64,000 bases of DNA from Bacteriovoracaceae bacterium (GTDB lineage Bacteria; Bdellovibrionota; Bacteriovoracia; Bacteriovoracales; Bacteriovoracaceae). A program made the position numbers and the translations under genes. The notes beneath the pieces were generated by a model, which saw nothing but the letters and a program-made list of their open reading frames with translations, did no database searches and had not been told where the DNA came from. How positions within the stretch are numbered: the first letter of the stretch is position 1; every line of letters starts with the position of its first letter. This document shows positions 18,259 to 28,059 of this stretch, one piece after another. The stretch spans positions 1,613-65,612 of the forward strand of contig JBLWXW010000020.1 of assembly GCA_048267265.1 (NCBI GenBank), given 5' to 3'.

Positions 18259-19749
18259 CTAATCTCTATCTTCTCTTCCCTCACTTTTCCAGCCCCCACC
18301 AAGAGATTGGTAGAGACGAACATAGGAGTTAAGTTGCTCCTTCTTAATTTCCACTAATTCAACTTGAGCTTCTAAAGAATCTCTCTGAGTCATCAAGGCC
18401 TCTACATAATCTACTCGTGCGGCCTTGAAGAGAACGGCAGAGATTTCAGCAGATTCTGTCAAAGCCGCAACTTGCTTTGATTTCAAAGTAAATATTTCTT
18501 CTAAGTTATTCACCTTTGAAAGTTGATTGGCCACTTCAGTGTAAGCATTAATTATCGTCTTCTCATATTCATATAACTTTTCAAGTTGAAAGTTATTTGC
18601 AGAGAAGTAATCGGCCTTAATTGCTGAGCGATTTAATAAGGGTGCCGTTAAGTTTGCGGCAGCATTATAGAAAACTGAAGTTGGAGAAATAAATAAGTGC
18701 TTATTATTGAAAGATTCATACCCTGCTCCAGCTTCTATACTTAAAGAAGGATAAAATCTAGCCTTTGCCACTTTAACACTCAATCGTGCCGCTTCAAGTT
18801 CGAACTCGGATCTTCGTACATCAGGTCGGTTATTTAAGAGCTCTGAAGGAATTCCCTTTGTTACTCTCTTAGGCTTCATGGAGAGAAGTTTCGCACGAGG
18901 ACGCTTAATGGGTTGTGGAAAACGTCCAACCAGCATATTAATTTCATTCTCGGTTTCTACAATTCTCTGTTTAATTTCAAAGAGAGAGGCTTCGTTCTTT
19001 AAAACTTCTGCAACAAAGCGTTTCACGGCCAATGATGTTACCTTTGCGGCCCTTTGCTGGGCCTCCACTAGTTCTTGGGCTTCTCTTAGAATATTGATAT
19101 ACTCACTCACTATATAGTATTGCTGATCAAGGGCCAGAAGCTCATAGTAAGAATGAGCAATTTCTGATACCAAGTGGGTAATCATAAATTTCTTTCCCTC
19201 CACACTTCCTAAATATTCTGAAAAAGCTGCTTTTGAAGCATTTCTAAGCTTTCCCCAAATATCGACTTCCCATGAAGCATAAAGCCCAACAGAGCGGTTT
19301 ACTAATCTTTCGGGAACATTGTGAACTTCACTGGAGGACTCTGACATTTTATCGCTTACCCCCTGCGAGGTATATTCCCCTACTTTTTCTACACCCATCT
19401 CTGAAGCAAAACCAACACGAGGAATATACTCCCCTGTTCGTACCATAATTTCATTTTGAGCCATATAGATCTGCTGCTGAAGGATATTCAATTCTTGATT
19501 ATTAGTAAGTGCCTCCTGGATAAGATCCTTTAAATTCTTATCCTCAAAGAACTTCTTCCATCCAACTTGGGATGTCAGAAAGTTCTTATCCGCATTACCT
19601 TTTCCAGGAGAGCTTCCAAAAGCAGGAAACTCACTTGGTATTGATTTAACTGTATCTTTTTGTCCCTCAATTTCAGGAAGAGAGGGAGCACAGCTTTGAA
19701 AGGTCAATGCTAATATCATCAGCATTATGATTGTATTTGATTTTTTCAT
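18259..19749 (-). CDS. RND efflux outer-membrane factor lipoprotein (TolC/NodT family)
   Basis: Lipobox FQSC. 496 aa with two-repeat coiled-coil/beta organisation. Last gene of the MFP-RND-OMF operon. Confidence 0.85.
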   Translation of the reverse strand: MKKSNTIIMLMILALTFQSCAPSLPEIEGQKDTVKSIPSEFPAFGSSPGKGNADKNFLTSQVGWKKFFEDKNLKDLIQEALTNNQELNILQQQIYMAQNEIMVRTGEYIPRVGFASEMGVEKVGEYTSQGVSDKMSESSSEVHNVPERLVNRSVGLYASWEVDIWGKLRNASKAAFSEYLGSVEGKKFMITHLVSEIAHSYYELLALDQQYYIVSEYINILREAQELVEAQQRAAKVTSLAVKRFVAEVLKNEASLFEIKQRIVETENEINMLVGRFPQPIKRPRAKLLSMKPKRVTKGIPSELLNNRPDVRRSEFELEAARLSVKVAKARFYPSLSIEAGAGYESFNNKHLFISPTSVFYNAAANLTAPLLNRSAIKADYFSANNFQLEKLYEYEKTIINAYTEVANQLSKVNNLEEIFTLKSKQVAALTESAEISAVLFKAARVDYVEALMTQRDSLEAQVELVEIKKEQLNSYVRLYQSLGGGWKSEGREDRD

Positions 19750-19760
19750 ATCTCTATCCT

Positions 19761-22700
19761 CTACTCTTCAGTTAATGGTACTTCTACTTCATTTCTTATT
19801 AGAGTTTTTCCTTTAGCAAGACTTCCAAAGATGAAGTAAAGACCTGGAACAATCACAACTCCAAAAATAGTACCAAAGAGCATTCCACCAAGAGCGGAAG
19901 ACCCAATCGTACGGTTAGCAATTGCTCCCGGTCCGGTTGCAATAACTAAAGGAATCAGACCTGCTATAAAGGCAAATGAAGTCATCAGAATTGGACGAAA
20001 ACGAACCTTTGCTCCTTCAATGGCAGCCTCTAAAACACTTAGTCCTTCCAGTTCTTTTTGACGAGCAAACTCGACAATTAATACGGCGTTCTTTCCTAAT
20101 AGACCAACCAGCATAATTAAACCCACTTGGGCATAAATATCATTGGATAGTCCCATTACCTTAAGAAGAAGGAAGGAGCCGAAAATACCAGGAGGGAGAG
20201 AGAACATTACCGCTAATGGAATAATGAAACTTTCATACTGAGCCGCTAAAACAAGATAAACAAAGAGTAGTACTACGATAAAGATGTAGAGGGCCTCATT
20301 ACCCCGTGCCGCCTCATCATAAGAGAGACCTTCCCAAGCAACATCGTATCCCCTAGGGAGCATTTGTTTACCAACTTCTTCAACGGCCTTAATCGCATCA
20401 CCCGTTGTAAAACCTTTGGCCGGTACGGCCCTAATGGCAGCAGAGCTGTAGAGATTATAACGAGCAATCTCATTGGGTCCTTGTGTTTTTTTCAGCTTCA
20501 TAAAGGCCGAATAAGGAACCATTTCGCCAGCTTCATTCTTCGTATAAAGATTGAGAACATCAGAAGGGAGTTTTCTAAACTTTGGATCGGCCTGAGTATA
20601 GACTTTGAAGAATCGTCCAAACTTAATGAATCCTTGCTCATATGTTGAGCCGATCATGATATTTAAATTCTCCATGGCCTTCCCCACAGAAACACCTTTT
20701 TGCATGGCCGCTTTAGCATCTACAACAAGCTCATATTGAGGAAAATTAGCGGCATAAAAGGTAAAAATACCCGTTAACTCGGGACGCTCTCTTAGCTTAT
20801 CCATGAACTGATCTGTAAGCTCGGCGAGTTTTTGGTAATTCGTCTCTGTCGTTTTATTCAATAAACGAAAGGCAATCCCTCCGGCAGCACCGAATCCAGG
20901 AACTGCTGGGGGTTCAAAGTATTCAATCACAGCTCCAATTCCTTTGGTCTTCTCTTCCAGCTCTTCAATTATTTCATGAACACTTTGATGACGCTCTCCC
21001 CAGTCTTTAAGGTTAATTAAACAGGTACCAGCATTTGAACCACGGCCTTCCGTTAGAATTTCATAACCGGCCAATGCTGAAACAGAATCAATTCCTTCAA
21101 CCTCTTCAGCAATTTTTTGAAGCTGTTTTGAAACCTTAAAAGTTTGCTCCAGAGTTGAGCCCGGAGGTGTTTGAACAATTGCGTAGATCATCGACTGGTC
21201 TTCGTTTGGAATGAAGCCTGAAGGTACAATCTTGGTGAGACCAATTATTCCAAGTGTAAAAGCGACTAAAATAATAAAGGTCACCCCCTTACGGTGGCTT
21301 AATTTCCCTAGTACAGATAAGTAATAACTCGTACCTTTTTCAAAGTACTGATTAAAAACATCAAGACCTTTTTGAATGGGTCCGTGACTATGCTCCTCAA
21401 AGGCAAAGTGCTTCTTTAATATCATGGCGCTAAGAACTGGAGTAAGAGTCAAAGCAACAAGACCTGATAGAACAATTGATGTGGCCATGGTAACGGAGAA
21501 CTGTCTAAAGAAAACTCCAACAGGTCCAACCATGAAGGCAACAGGAACAAACACGGCCGTCATGAGCAGGGTAATTGCGATAACCGCACCACTAATTTCT
21601 CCAAGAACTTCTTGAACAGCTTTATATGGAGATAAATCTTTTTCCTCCATTTTAGCATGCACCGCTTCAACGACCACAATGGCATCATCAACAACAATAC
21701 CAATCGCAAGAACAAGTGCAAAAAGAGTCACCATGTTGATAGACATTCCCATCATTTGCATAAAGACAAATGCACCAATTAAAGATACAGGTACAGCAAT
21801 GGTAGGAATCAGAGTAGAGCGCCAATCTCCAAGAAAAACAAATACAACAATGGCCACAAGGACAAACGCTTCAAAAAGGGTGTGAATCACCTTTTCAATT
21901 GAGGCATCAAGAAACTTAGATACATCATAGCTAATTTTATATGTCATCCCTTCTGGAAAAAGTGGTTTAAGTTCTTCAAGCTTTGCTTTTACTTCTTCAA
22001 TGACCTCTGTTGCATTTGAGCCGTAAGTTTGCTTTAGCGTAATCGCCGCAGAAGGGTTTCCATCTACATTTGAGTAAATATTGTAAAACTCAGAATCAAG
22101 CTCAACTTTCGCCACATTCTTTAGGTAAAGGATCTCCCCTTCAGCATTCGCTCTAATAATGATATTTTGATATTCCTCAGCGGTATTAAAGCGACCTTTA
22201 TAAGTGAGAACATACTCTAGAGATTGGGCTTCCTTACCTGAGCTTCTTCCGATACGTCCAGGACGACCAATAAAGCTTTGTTCTTGTACGGCCTCCATGA
22301 CTTCTTCAGTTGAGACATTATAGGCCCTCATTCGATCAGGATTTAGCCATATCCTCATGGCATACTGTCTTGCTCCCAGAATCTGGGCACTTGCTATCCC
22401 CTTAACTCTTTTCAATTCAGGAATCATATTGATATTAGCGTAGTTAAAAAGAAACTTTTCATCCGCCCCTTTATCTGTACTAAAGAGATTCACATACATA
22501 AGCATTGAAGGCTGAACCTTTTGAACGATGACCCCTTCAATTTGAACAAGAGGAGGGAGTCTATTCATGACCTGATCTACTCGATTCTTAACGAGAACAA
22601 GGGCCTCATTTGGGTCCGTCCCAAGTTCAAAAAGTACTTGAATGGTCGCCTCTCCAGCAGAGGTAGCGTCCGAGGTTATATATCTCATTCCCTGAACTCC

Positions 22701-22910
22701 ATTAATGGACTGCTCAAGAGGAATCAAAGCCGAGCGAATAAGGACATCACCAGACGCCCCTGGATAGGATACGTTGACAACAATTCGCGGAGGAGCAACG
22801 TTGGGAAACTGGGCCACAGGAAGGGTTCGAATGGCCAAGAATCCAAGAAAAACAATCACGATCGATATTACGATTGCTAATACAGGTCGATGTATAAATT
22901 TTTGAAACAT
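19761..22910 (-). CDS. RND multidrug efflux transporter permease (AcrB/MexB family)
   Basis: 1049 aa with 12-TM architecture. MFQKFIHRPVLAIVISIVIVFLG N-terminus and conserved AIGIVVDDAIVVVE segment. Confidence 0.95.
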   Translation of the reverse strand: MFQKFIHRPVLAIVISIVIVFLGFLAIRTLPVAQFPNVAPPRIVVNVSYPGASGDVLIRSALIPLEQSINGVQGMRYITSDATSAGEATIQVLFELGTDPNEALVLVKNRVDQVMNRLPPLVQIEGVIVQKVQPSMLMYVNLFSTDKGADEKFLFNYANINMIPELKRVKGIASAQILGARQYAMRIWLNPDRMRAYNVSTEEVMEAVQEQSFIGRPGRIGRSSGKEAQSLEYVLTYKGRFNTAEEYQNIIIRANAEGEILYLKNVAKVELDSEFYNIYSNVDGNPSAAITLKQTYGSNATEVIEEVKAKLEELKPLFPEGMTYKISYDVSKFLDASIEKVIHTLFEAFVLVAIVVFVFLGDWRSTLIPTIAVPVSLIGAFVFMQMMGMSINMVTLFALVLAIGIVVDDAIVVVEAVHAKMEEKDLSPYKAVQEVLGEISGAVIAITLLMTAVFVPVAFMVGPVGVFFRQFSVTMATSIVLSGLVALTLTPVLSAMILKKHFAFEEHSHGPIQKGLDVFNQYFEKGTSYYLSVLGKLSHRKGVTFIILVAFTLGIIGLTKIVPSGFIPNEDQSMIYAIVQTPPGSTLEQTFKVSKQLQKIAEEVEGIDSVSALAGYEILTEGRGSNAGTCLINLKDWGERHQSVHEIIEELEEKTKGIGAVIEYFEPPAVPGFGAAGGIAFRLLNKTTETNYQKLAELTDQFMDKLRERPELTGIFTFYAANFPQYELVVDAKAAMQKGVSVGKAMENLNIMIGSTYEQGFIKFGRFFKVYTQADPKFRKLPSDVLNLYTKNEAGEMVPYSAFMKLKKTQGPNEIARYNLYSSAAIRAVPAKGFTTGDAIKAVEEVGKQMLPRGYDVAWEGLSYDEAARGNEALYIFIVVLLFVYLVLAAQYESFIIPLAVMFSLPPGIFGSFLLLKVMGLSNDIYAQVGLIMLVGLLGKNAVLIVEFARQKELEGLSVLEAAIEGAKVRFRPILMTSFAFIAGLIPLVIATGPGAIANRTIGSSALGGMLFGTIFGVVIVPGLYFIFGSLAKGKTLIRNEVEVPLTEE

Positions 22911-22930
22911 GATTAACTCTCTAGTTTAAA

Positions 22931-24028
22931 TTAGTCGACGGGAAGTTCGAGGTCATTGCTAACAACCTTACTGTCTTGAAGTTCATACTCAACCCTATCT
23001 CCTGGGCGTACTTTCTTCAGTCCATCGATGATGATGATGTCCTTTTCGCTAAGTCCTGACTTAACAATGAAAAGGTGAGAGATATCATCCTCAGATATAA
23101 CAACTTCTTTGGCATGAACGATATGATCATTGCCAACTGTATAAACATATTTCTTATCAAGGACTTCAAAGGTTGCTTTCTGAGGAACAACGAGAGCACC
23201 AGCAATGGGCTCTTCAATGAGAATCGTTCCCGTTTCTCCATGTCTGAGTAGTCCATCCGGGTTAGGAAAGGTTGCACGGAAGGCCACATTACCTGTCTCA
23301 TTATTAAAGTCAGCTTCAATCGTGTCGATTTTTCCTTTGTAATCAAACTCCTTACCATTAGCCAACATTAGCTTAACGGGAAGAGAGCGCTTGTCCTGTT
23401 TATTACTCATAAAATTGAGATAATCAGTTTCCGATACATTGAAATAAACCCACATTTGAGAATTATCTGCAAGACTTGTAAGGAGCTCCCCTTCCTCAAC
23501 CAAACTTCCAAGGCGCACATGAAAGCGATCCATTATGCCACTAAAGGGCGCTTTAATTGTAGTGAAGTCGAGGTGAGTTTGTGCCAGCTTTAACTCTGCT
23601 TTTGCCTTGTTTAGGCGTGCCTTTGATAAGGCCAACTCATTGGCCGAGACAACTTTTCGTCGTGCAAGATTTTTTGTATTTTGATATTCAATTTTAACGA
23701 CATCAAACTCTGCTTTGGCCTTTTCGTATTCAGCTTCCATTAACAGGGGCATTAGCTGAAACATTTTTTGGTCTTTTTCTATCTTCTGACCTTCATCCAC
23801 ATAGACCTTTTGAAGGTAGCCCCTTTCATAGGCCCTAAGTTCGATATGTTGAATGGCATGAATTTGGGCCACATATTGCTTTCCAATATTCATATCTTGT
23901 TTCCAAGGGTGAGTAACCTTATATATATGGGCTTCTCCCTTGTGATGATTAGAATCACAGGAGCTTAAGCCTCCAGCAATCAGGGCCGTGATAAAAATTG
24001 TAGGCAAAAAAGTTAGTAAACCTTTCAT
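22931..24028 (-). CDS. RND efflux periplasmic adaptor (membrane fusion protein)
   Basis: Lipoprotein-like N-terminus (GGLSSC). Coiled-coil hairpin region and beta-barrel region typical of the AcrA/MexA family. First gene of the operon. Confidence 0.88.
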   Translation of the reverse strand: MKGLLTFLPTIFITALIAGGLSSCDSNHHKGEAHIYKVTHPWKQDMNIGKQYVAQIHAIQHIELRAYERGYLQKVYVDEGQKIEKDQKMFQLMPLLMEAEYEKAKAEFDVVKIEYQNTKNLARRKVVSANELALSKARLNKAKAELKLAQTHLDFTTIKAPFSGIMDRFHVRLGSLVEEGELLTSLADNSQMWVYFNVSETDYLNFMSNKQDKRSLPVKLMLANGKEFDYKGKIDTIEADFNNETGNVAFRATFPNPDGLLRHGETGTILIEEPIAGALVVPQKATFEVLDKKYVYTVGNDHIVHAKEVVISEDDISHLFIVKSGLSEKDIIIIDGLKKVRPGDRVEYELQDSKVVSNDLELPVD

Positions 24029-24134
24029 ATTCTAATTCCTTTTTTTTGACCAACAATGAATTCCCATACATCAGCAGTAGAATTCAAAGGTTGAACAAAA
24101 ATTAATCTAAATCTTCTGTAAGCAATGTTAGAAA

Positions 24135-24443
24135 TTAGACTAGGACAGGAGGTCCCTGTGGAAAGTAGATACGATTTAGTGATGAATGAGTAGAAAACTC
24201 ATGATCAAGTGAAAAGTTCTTATTGATATTATTAATTGGATGATTTGATTCAATCCTGTAGTGAATTTCTGTGACTTTCACAAAATGAAGCGTGTAATCC
24301 TTCCCATTAATATCATCGACTTCACTAAATTCAACTTCGACTTCTGTTTCAAGGTCTGAAGAGTATCTAAATGAAGTCTTCTCCATTGCAGAAAAAGCAA
24401 AGAGCGAAGTAATGAGAAATATGAGGATAAATTTAAACTTCAT
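24135..24443 (-). CDS. hypothetical secreted protein
   Basis: 102 aa with signal peptide MKFKFILIFLITSLFAFSA. No domain recognised. Confidence 0.45.
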   Translation of the reverse strand: MKFKFILIFLITSLFAFSAMEKTSFRYSSDLETEVEVEFSEVDDINGKDYTLHFVKVTEIHYRIESNHPINNINKNFSLDHEFSTHSSLNRIYFPQGPPVLV

Positions 24444-24664
24444 AACTTAGTCTTATATTGCTCCTGAAATGAGCTTGATTCAAGAAGATTCTCTATTTGC
24501 CTATCTTATTGGCTCCAATTCTCAGGTAAAAATAAAATCTAATGAGCTAATAATCTCGTACATTCAAGTATATGCATACACAATGAGATGGACTTAAAGG
24601 TAAGCCTCTTTTGAGTTTGAAGTATGGATTCGAGGTATATAATTGATTCAAAGAAAGAATAGGC

Positions 24665-24697
24665 AAAAAAAAAGCCAACTCTTAGAGCTGGCTTTTT
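24665..24697 (-). terminator. rho-independent terminator downstream of tRNA-Val
   Basis: 9-bp stem (AGCCAGCUC/GAGUUGGCU with one G-U pair on the minus-sense RNA) followed by a run of U. The mismatch is A-C on the plus-sense RNA, so the hairpin is better on the minus strand. Confidence 0.7.
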
Positions 24698-24706
24698 AAT
24701 ATAATC

Positions 24707-24781
24707 TGGTGGGCGTGGCAGGGATTGAACCTGCGACATCTGCCTTGTAAGGGCAGCGCTCTCCCACTGAGCTACACGCCC
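24707..24781 (-). tRNA. tRNA-Val (anticodon UAC), CCA encoded
   Basis: Folded by hand as GGGCGTG-TA-GCTC-AGTGGGA-GAGC-G-CTGCC-CTTACAA-GGCAG-ATGTC-GCAGG-TTCAATC-CCTGC-CACGCCC-A-CCA. 75 nt with a canonical cloverleaf. Confidence 0.93.
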
Positions 24782-24936
24782 GATTCTTATCTGATTCGGT
24801 AGAAGAGAATTTAAGGGTTTCTTCATTTTCTGTCAACGAAAAATTGCCCATTTCCTATAAAATTTATACCGACTATGGCCAGCGACCCTAGGCCATCATA
24901 TGAAGGTGCTATAAATTTCATTTTAAGGGGTTATCA

Positions 24937-25260
24937 ATGAAAAAATTAGTACTTACGGCCGTTGTTTTGGCATCTTCAAATCTTTGGGCAATTCTTCCCT
25001 ACGGTTCACTTCAGGATCAAGCAGCTGAGCTTCTAGAAGTTCCTAGTGCTGAATTCTACAATGTAGCCGAGCAAGTTGTTCGTACAACGTCAGGTGTTGT
25101 TTACCAACTTTCTTTCTCTTACGATGTAGAAGAATATGATAGCTACGGCTACGAAGTTCTTACTTACAATTGTGTTGCTTCGGCCAAAGGACTTCCTGTT
25201 CTTTCAGGTGACTCAATTAAGTGTGAACTTGATGAAGGAATTCTCTTCGACGAATTATAA
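24937..25260 (+). CDS. hypothetical secreted protein
   Basis: 107 aa with signal peptide MKKLVLTAVVLASSNLWA. No domain recognised. Confidence 0.5.
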   Translation: MKKLVLTAVVLASSNLWAILPYGSLQDQAAELLEVPSAEFYNVAEQVVRTTSGVVYQLSFSYDVEEYDSYGYEVLTYNCVASAKGLPVLSGDSIKCELDEGILFDEL

Positions 25261-25263
25261 TCC

Positions 25264-25294
25264 ACAAAAAAAGGCCTTCTTTTCAGAAGGCCTT
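25264..25294 (-). terminator. rho-independent terminator of lon
   Basis: Perfect 10-bp stem AAGGCCTTCT/AGAAGGCCTT (25271-25294) with loop TTTC. The U-run is present only on the minus-sense transcript. Confidence 0.8.
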
Positions 25295-25327
25295 CGATTA
25301 CGCAATAATTTTCAAACTAAAAAGTGA

Positions 25328-27742
25328 TTAATTAGCGACTTGTTGTCCGCCTTCTTGCTCACCTTTAAGAACTTTAAGTCCCACAACTTGCATGAACTTC
25401 TCTGGTTGAGTAAGTTCCAAGGCCACACGAAGAACTTCTTCTACATGTGTACATGGAATTACATTGATTCCAGTTTTGATTTCATCAGGAATATCAGCAA
25501 GATCTTTCGCGTTCTTAGCAGGAATTAAAATGGTATTAATTCCATGTTGCTTAGCCGCTAGCATCTTCTCTTTTAAACCACCAATGGGAAGTACACGTCC
25601 ACGAATTGTTACTTCTCCAGTCATGGCAACATTTTGCTGAACTTTGATACCTGTAATGGCCGAAGTCAGGGCCGTTACCATAGTGATCCCAGCAGAAGGT
25701 CCATCTTTTGGAGTCGCTCCCTCTGGTACATGCACATGGATATCATTCTTATCATACCATTCAGCATCGATACCAAGACGATCACTGATTGATCTAACAT
25801 AGCTTAGAGCTGCCCTTGCAGACTCCTGCATAACTTCTCCAAGCTTACCAGTAATTTGGATCTGCCCTTTCCCCGGAACGGTGACCACTTCAATGTGGAG
25901 GAGTTCCCCGCCAACCGAAGTCCAGGCCAATCCATTTACTAATCCAACAGTCGGTTCTGCTTCGGTATCGGTTCCCTCAAACTTCTTAGGTCCTAAATAC
26001 TTAGGGAGCTGTTTGCTCGATACTTTAAACTTCTTTCCTGCTGGATGATCTTTTTCTACTACTTCTGTTGCAATCTTACGGCATACAGTATTGAGAAGCC
26101 TTTCGTATCCACGAACACCAGCTTCTTTTGTCCAACCACGAACAATTTCAACACCTACTTTATCCGTCATTGATACTTCGTACTCATCAAGTCCGTTTGA
26201 CTTGATCGCTTTGGGAAGAAGATAATTCTTACCAATTTGAAGTTTCTCAGTTGGAGTGTAACCAGCAACATTGATAATCTCCATTCTGTCTCTTAGAGGA
26301 CCTGGAATTTGAGAAAGATCATTTGCTGTCATGACAAACATAACTTTTGATAGATCGTATTCAATTTCAATATAGTGATCACCAAAGTTCTTATTCTGTT
26401 CAGGATCAAGAACCTCTAGCATTGCTGCAGCTGGGTCACCACGCATATCAGAAGTCATTTTATCAATTTCATCAAGAAGGATCATTGGGTTTGATGTCCC
26501 CGCCTTCTTAAGTGCATTCATAATTTTACCAGGCATTGCTCCCACGTAAGTTCTTCTATGACCACGAATCTCAGATTCATCACGTACCCCACCTAGTGAT
26601 ATTCTTTGGAAGTTACGTCCAAGAGACTCAGCGAGTGAGCGAGCAATTGATGTTTTACCAACACCAGGAGGCCCTGCAAGACAAAGAATCGTTCCCTTAC
26701 CTTCTTCTTTAAGAAGTGAGCGAACCGCTAGATATTCAACAATTCTATCTTTAACTTCTTGCATTCCATAGTGGTGAGAATCAAGAACTTCACGAGCGTG
26801 AGCAACAGAATTATTATCTTCAGTATACTCAAACCAAGGAAGAGTAAGCATCCAATCAATATAGTTTCTTACAACTGCAGCTTCTGCACTCATCGGAGAC
26901 ATTGACTTAAGCTTTTTGATTTCCTTCTCCACTCTAGTGCGAGCTTCATCGGGCATATTCTTGGCCTGAAGTTTTTCTTCCATCTCTTGGATTTCAGATT
27001 TTTCGTCTTTTTGGCCAAGCTCTTTTTGAATCGCATTCATTTGCTCATTGAGGTAGTACTCTTTCTGGCTTTTTTCCATTTGAGTCTTAACACGAGAGCG
27101 AATACGTCTTTCAACATTGATTATTTCAATTTCACCTTGCATTTTTTCAAGGAGAAGTCTTAGTCTTTGTTCAACATCTGTAGCTTCAAGAATTTCTTGT
27201 TTCTCAGGAATTTTCATCGTTAGGTGCGCAACGATAATATCCGCTAAACGAGAAGGATCCGTGATGGAAGAAATACTCATAAGAAGTTCCGGTGGAATTC
27301 TCTTATTAAGTTTCACGTATTGCTCGAAGATAGACTTGATACTTCTCATGGAAGCTTCAAGATTAACTGCACTGTCCGTTTCAGATACGGCCTTAGAAAC
27401 TTTGGCCCAATACCCTTCTGGCGTGGCTTCAAACTCGTCTATACGAGCTCTATACTTACCTTCAATAAGTACCTTTACGGTATTATCTGGAAGGCGAAGC
27501 ATTTGAATAATATTAACGACCGTTCCTACATTGTAGATATCTTCACGATCTGGATTGAGTACACTGGCGTCCTTTTGAGTTACAAGAAACAGCTCATTAC
27601 CATTCTTTGCAGCTTCTTCTAGAGCAGCTATAGACTTTTCACGGCCTACAAATAAAGGGACAACCATATGAGGGAAAATAATAACATCCCTTAGTGGTAA
27701 GAGAGGATAGCGAGAAGAACTCTCATTTGACTTCGTGGACAT
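25328..27742 (-). CDS. lon: ATP-dependent Lon protease
   Basis: 804 aa with LON N-domain ([23 protein letters not shown]), Walker [10 protein letters not shown] and catalytic [11 protein letters not shown]. Confidence 0.97.
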   Translation of the reverse strand: MSTKSNESSSRYPLLPLRDVIIFPHMVVPLFVGREKSIAALEEAAKNGNELFLVTQKDASVLNPDREDIYNVGTVVNIIQMLRLPDNTVKVLIEGKYRARIDEFEATPEGYWAKVSKAVSETDSAVNLEASMRSIKSIFEQYVKLNKRIPPELLMSISSITDPSRLADIIVAHLTMKIPEKQEILEATDVEQRLRLLLEKMQGEIEIINVERRIRSRVKTQMEKSQKEYYLNEQMNAIQKELGQKDEKSEIQEMEEKLQAKNMPDEARTRVEKEIKKLKSMSPMSAEAAVVRNYIDWMLTLPWFEYTEDNNSVAHAREVLDSHHYGMQEVKDRIVEYLAVRSLLKEEGKGTILCLAGPPGVGKTSIARSLAESLGRNFQRISLGGVRDESEIRGHRRTYVGAMPGKIMNALKKAGTSNPMILLDEIDKMTSDMRGDPAAAMLEVLDPEQNKNFGDHYIEIEYDLSKVMFVMTANDLSQIPGPLRDRMEIINVAGYTPTEKLQIGKNYLLPKAIKSNGLDEYEVSMTDKVGVEIVRGWTKEAGVRGYERLLNTVCRKIATEVVEKDHPAGKKFKVSSKQLPKYLGPKKFEGTDTEAEPTVGLVNGLAWTSVGGELLHIEVVTVPGKGQIQITGKLGEVMQESARAALSYVRSISDRLGIDAEWYDKNDIHVHVPEGATPKDGPSAGITMVTALTSAITGIKVQQNVAMTGEVTIRGRVLPIGGLKEKMLAAKQHGINTILIPAKNAKDLADIPDEIKTGINVIPCTHVEEVLRVALELTQPEKFMQVVGLKVLKGEQEGGQQVAN

Positions 27743-28059
27743 AGCACCTCCTGTACTACAGACTAAAAATTCCTGACCTAGATTCCTCCATGACTCTTGG
27801 TCTTAAGTCTTACTTTTATTGTAACCCTAAAAGGCCATCGAATTCAAAAAAAAACACGTGGCCAATATTTCCCTTAAAAATTTTCAGTATTTACCTAATT
27901 AAATACATGAAATTTATTGGCCAACCAATTTACGGTAGCTTCGGGCATTTTCTAAAAAAATAGTAGGCAGTTTAATAAATGATAGGCTTTGTAAGTTGAT
28001 ATATAAATTTAAGAGGCCCTAACATGGCCGAGCATTTTTATTTGTTTTAAGAACGTCAC

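Noticed and set aside
20364-22880. Several plus-strand ORFs (20364-20648, 21424-21615, 21679-21885, 22521-22880) antisense to the RND transporter gene
   Set aside because: They lie entirely inside a confidently identified 1049-aa AcrB-family gene. Their products are low-complexity (Thr/Ala/Arg-rich) shadow frames with no start context.
24539-24826. 95-aa minus-strand ORF in the supplied track
   Set aside because: It is read straight through the tRNA-Val gene (24707-24781) and its terminator. It has no Shine-Dalgarno and is an artefact of the open frame.
24444-24936. tRNA-Val as a possible genomic-island integration site
   Set aside because: There is no integrase, no direct repeat of the tRNA 3' end and no compositional break on either side. 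The flanking genes are an efflux operon and small native-looking secreted proteins.
27743-28059. Heat-shock promoter (sigma-32 CTTGAAA/CCCCAT) or CIRCE element upstream of lon, and likewise upstream of clpP (32373-32699)
   Set aside because: No match with acceptable spacing on the correct strand. The one CCCCAT (about 32553) is on the plus strand with a TTGAC about 23 nt away, which is too far. The imperfect GGCCAATA...TATTGGCC inverted repeat upstream of lon is weak.
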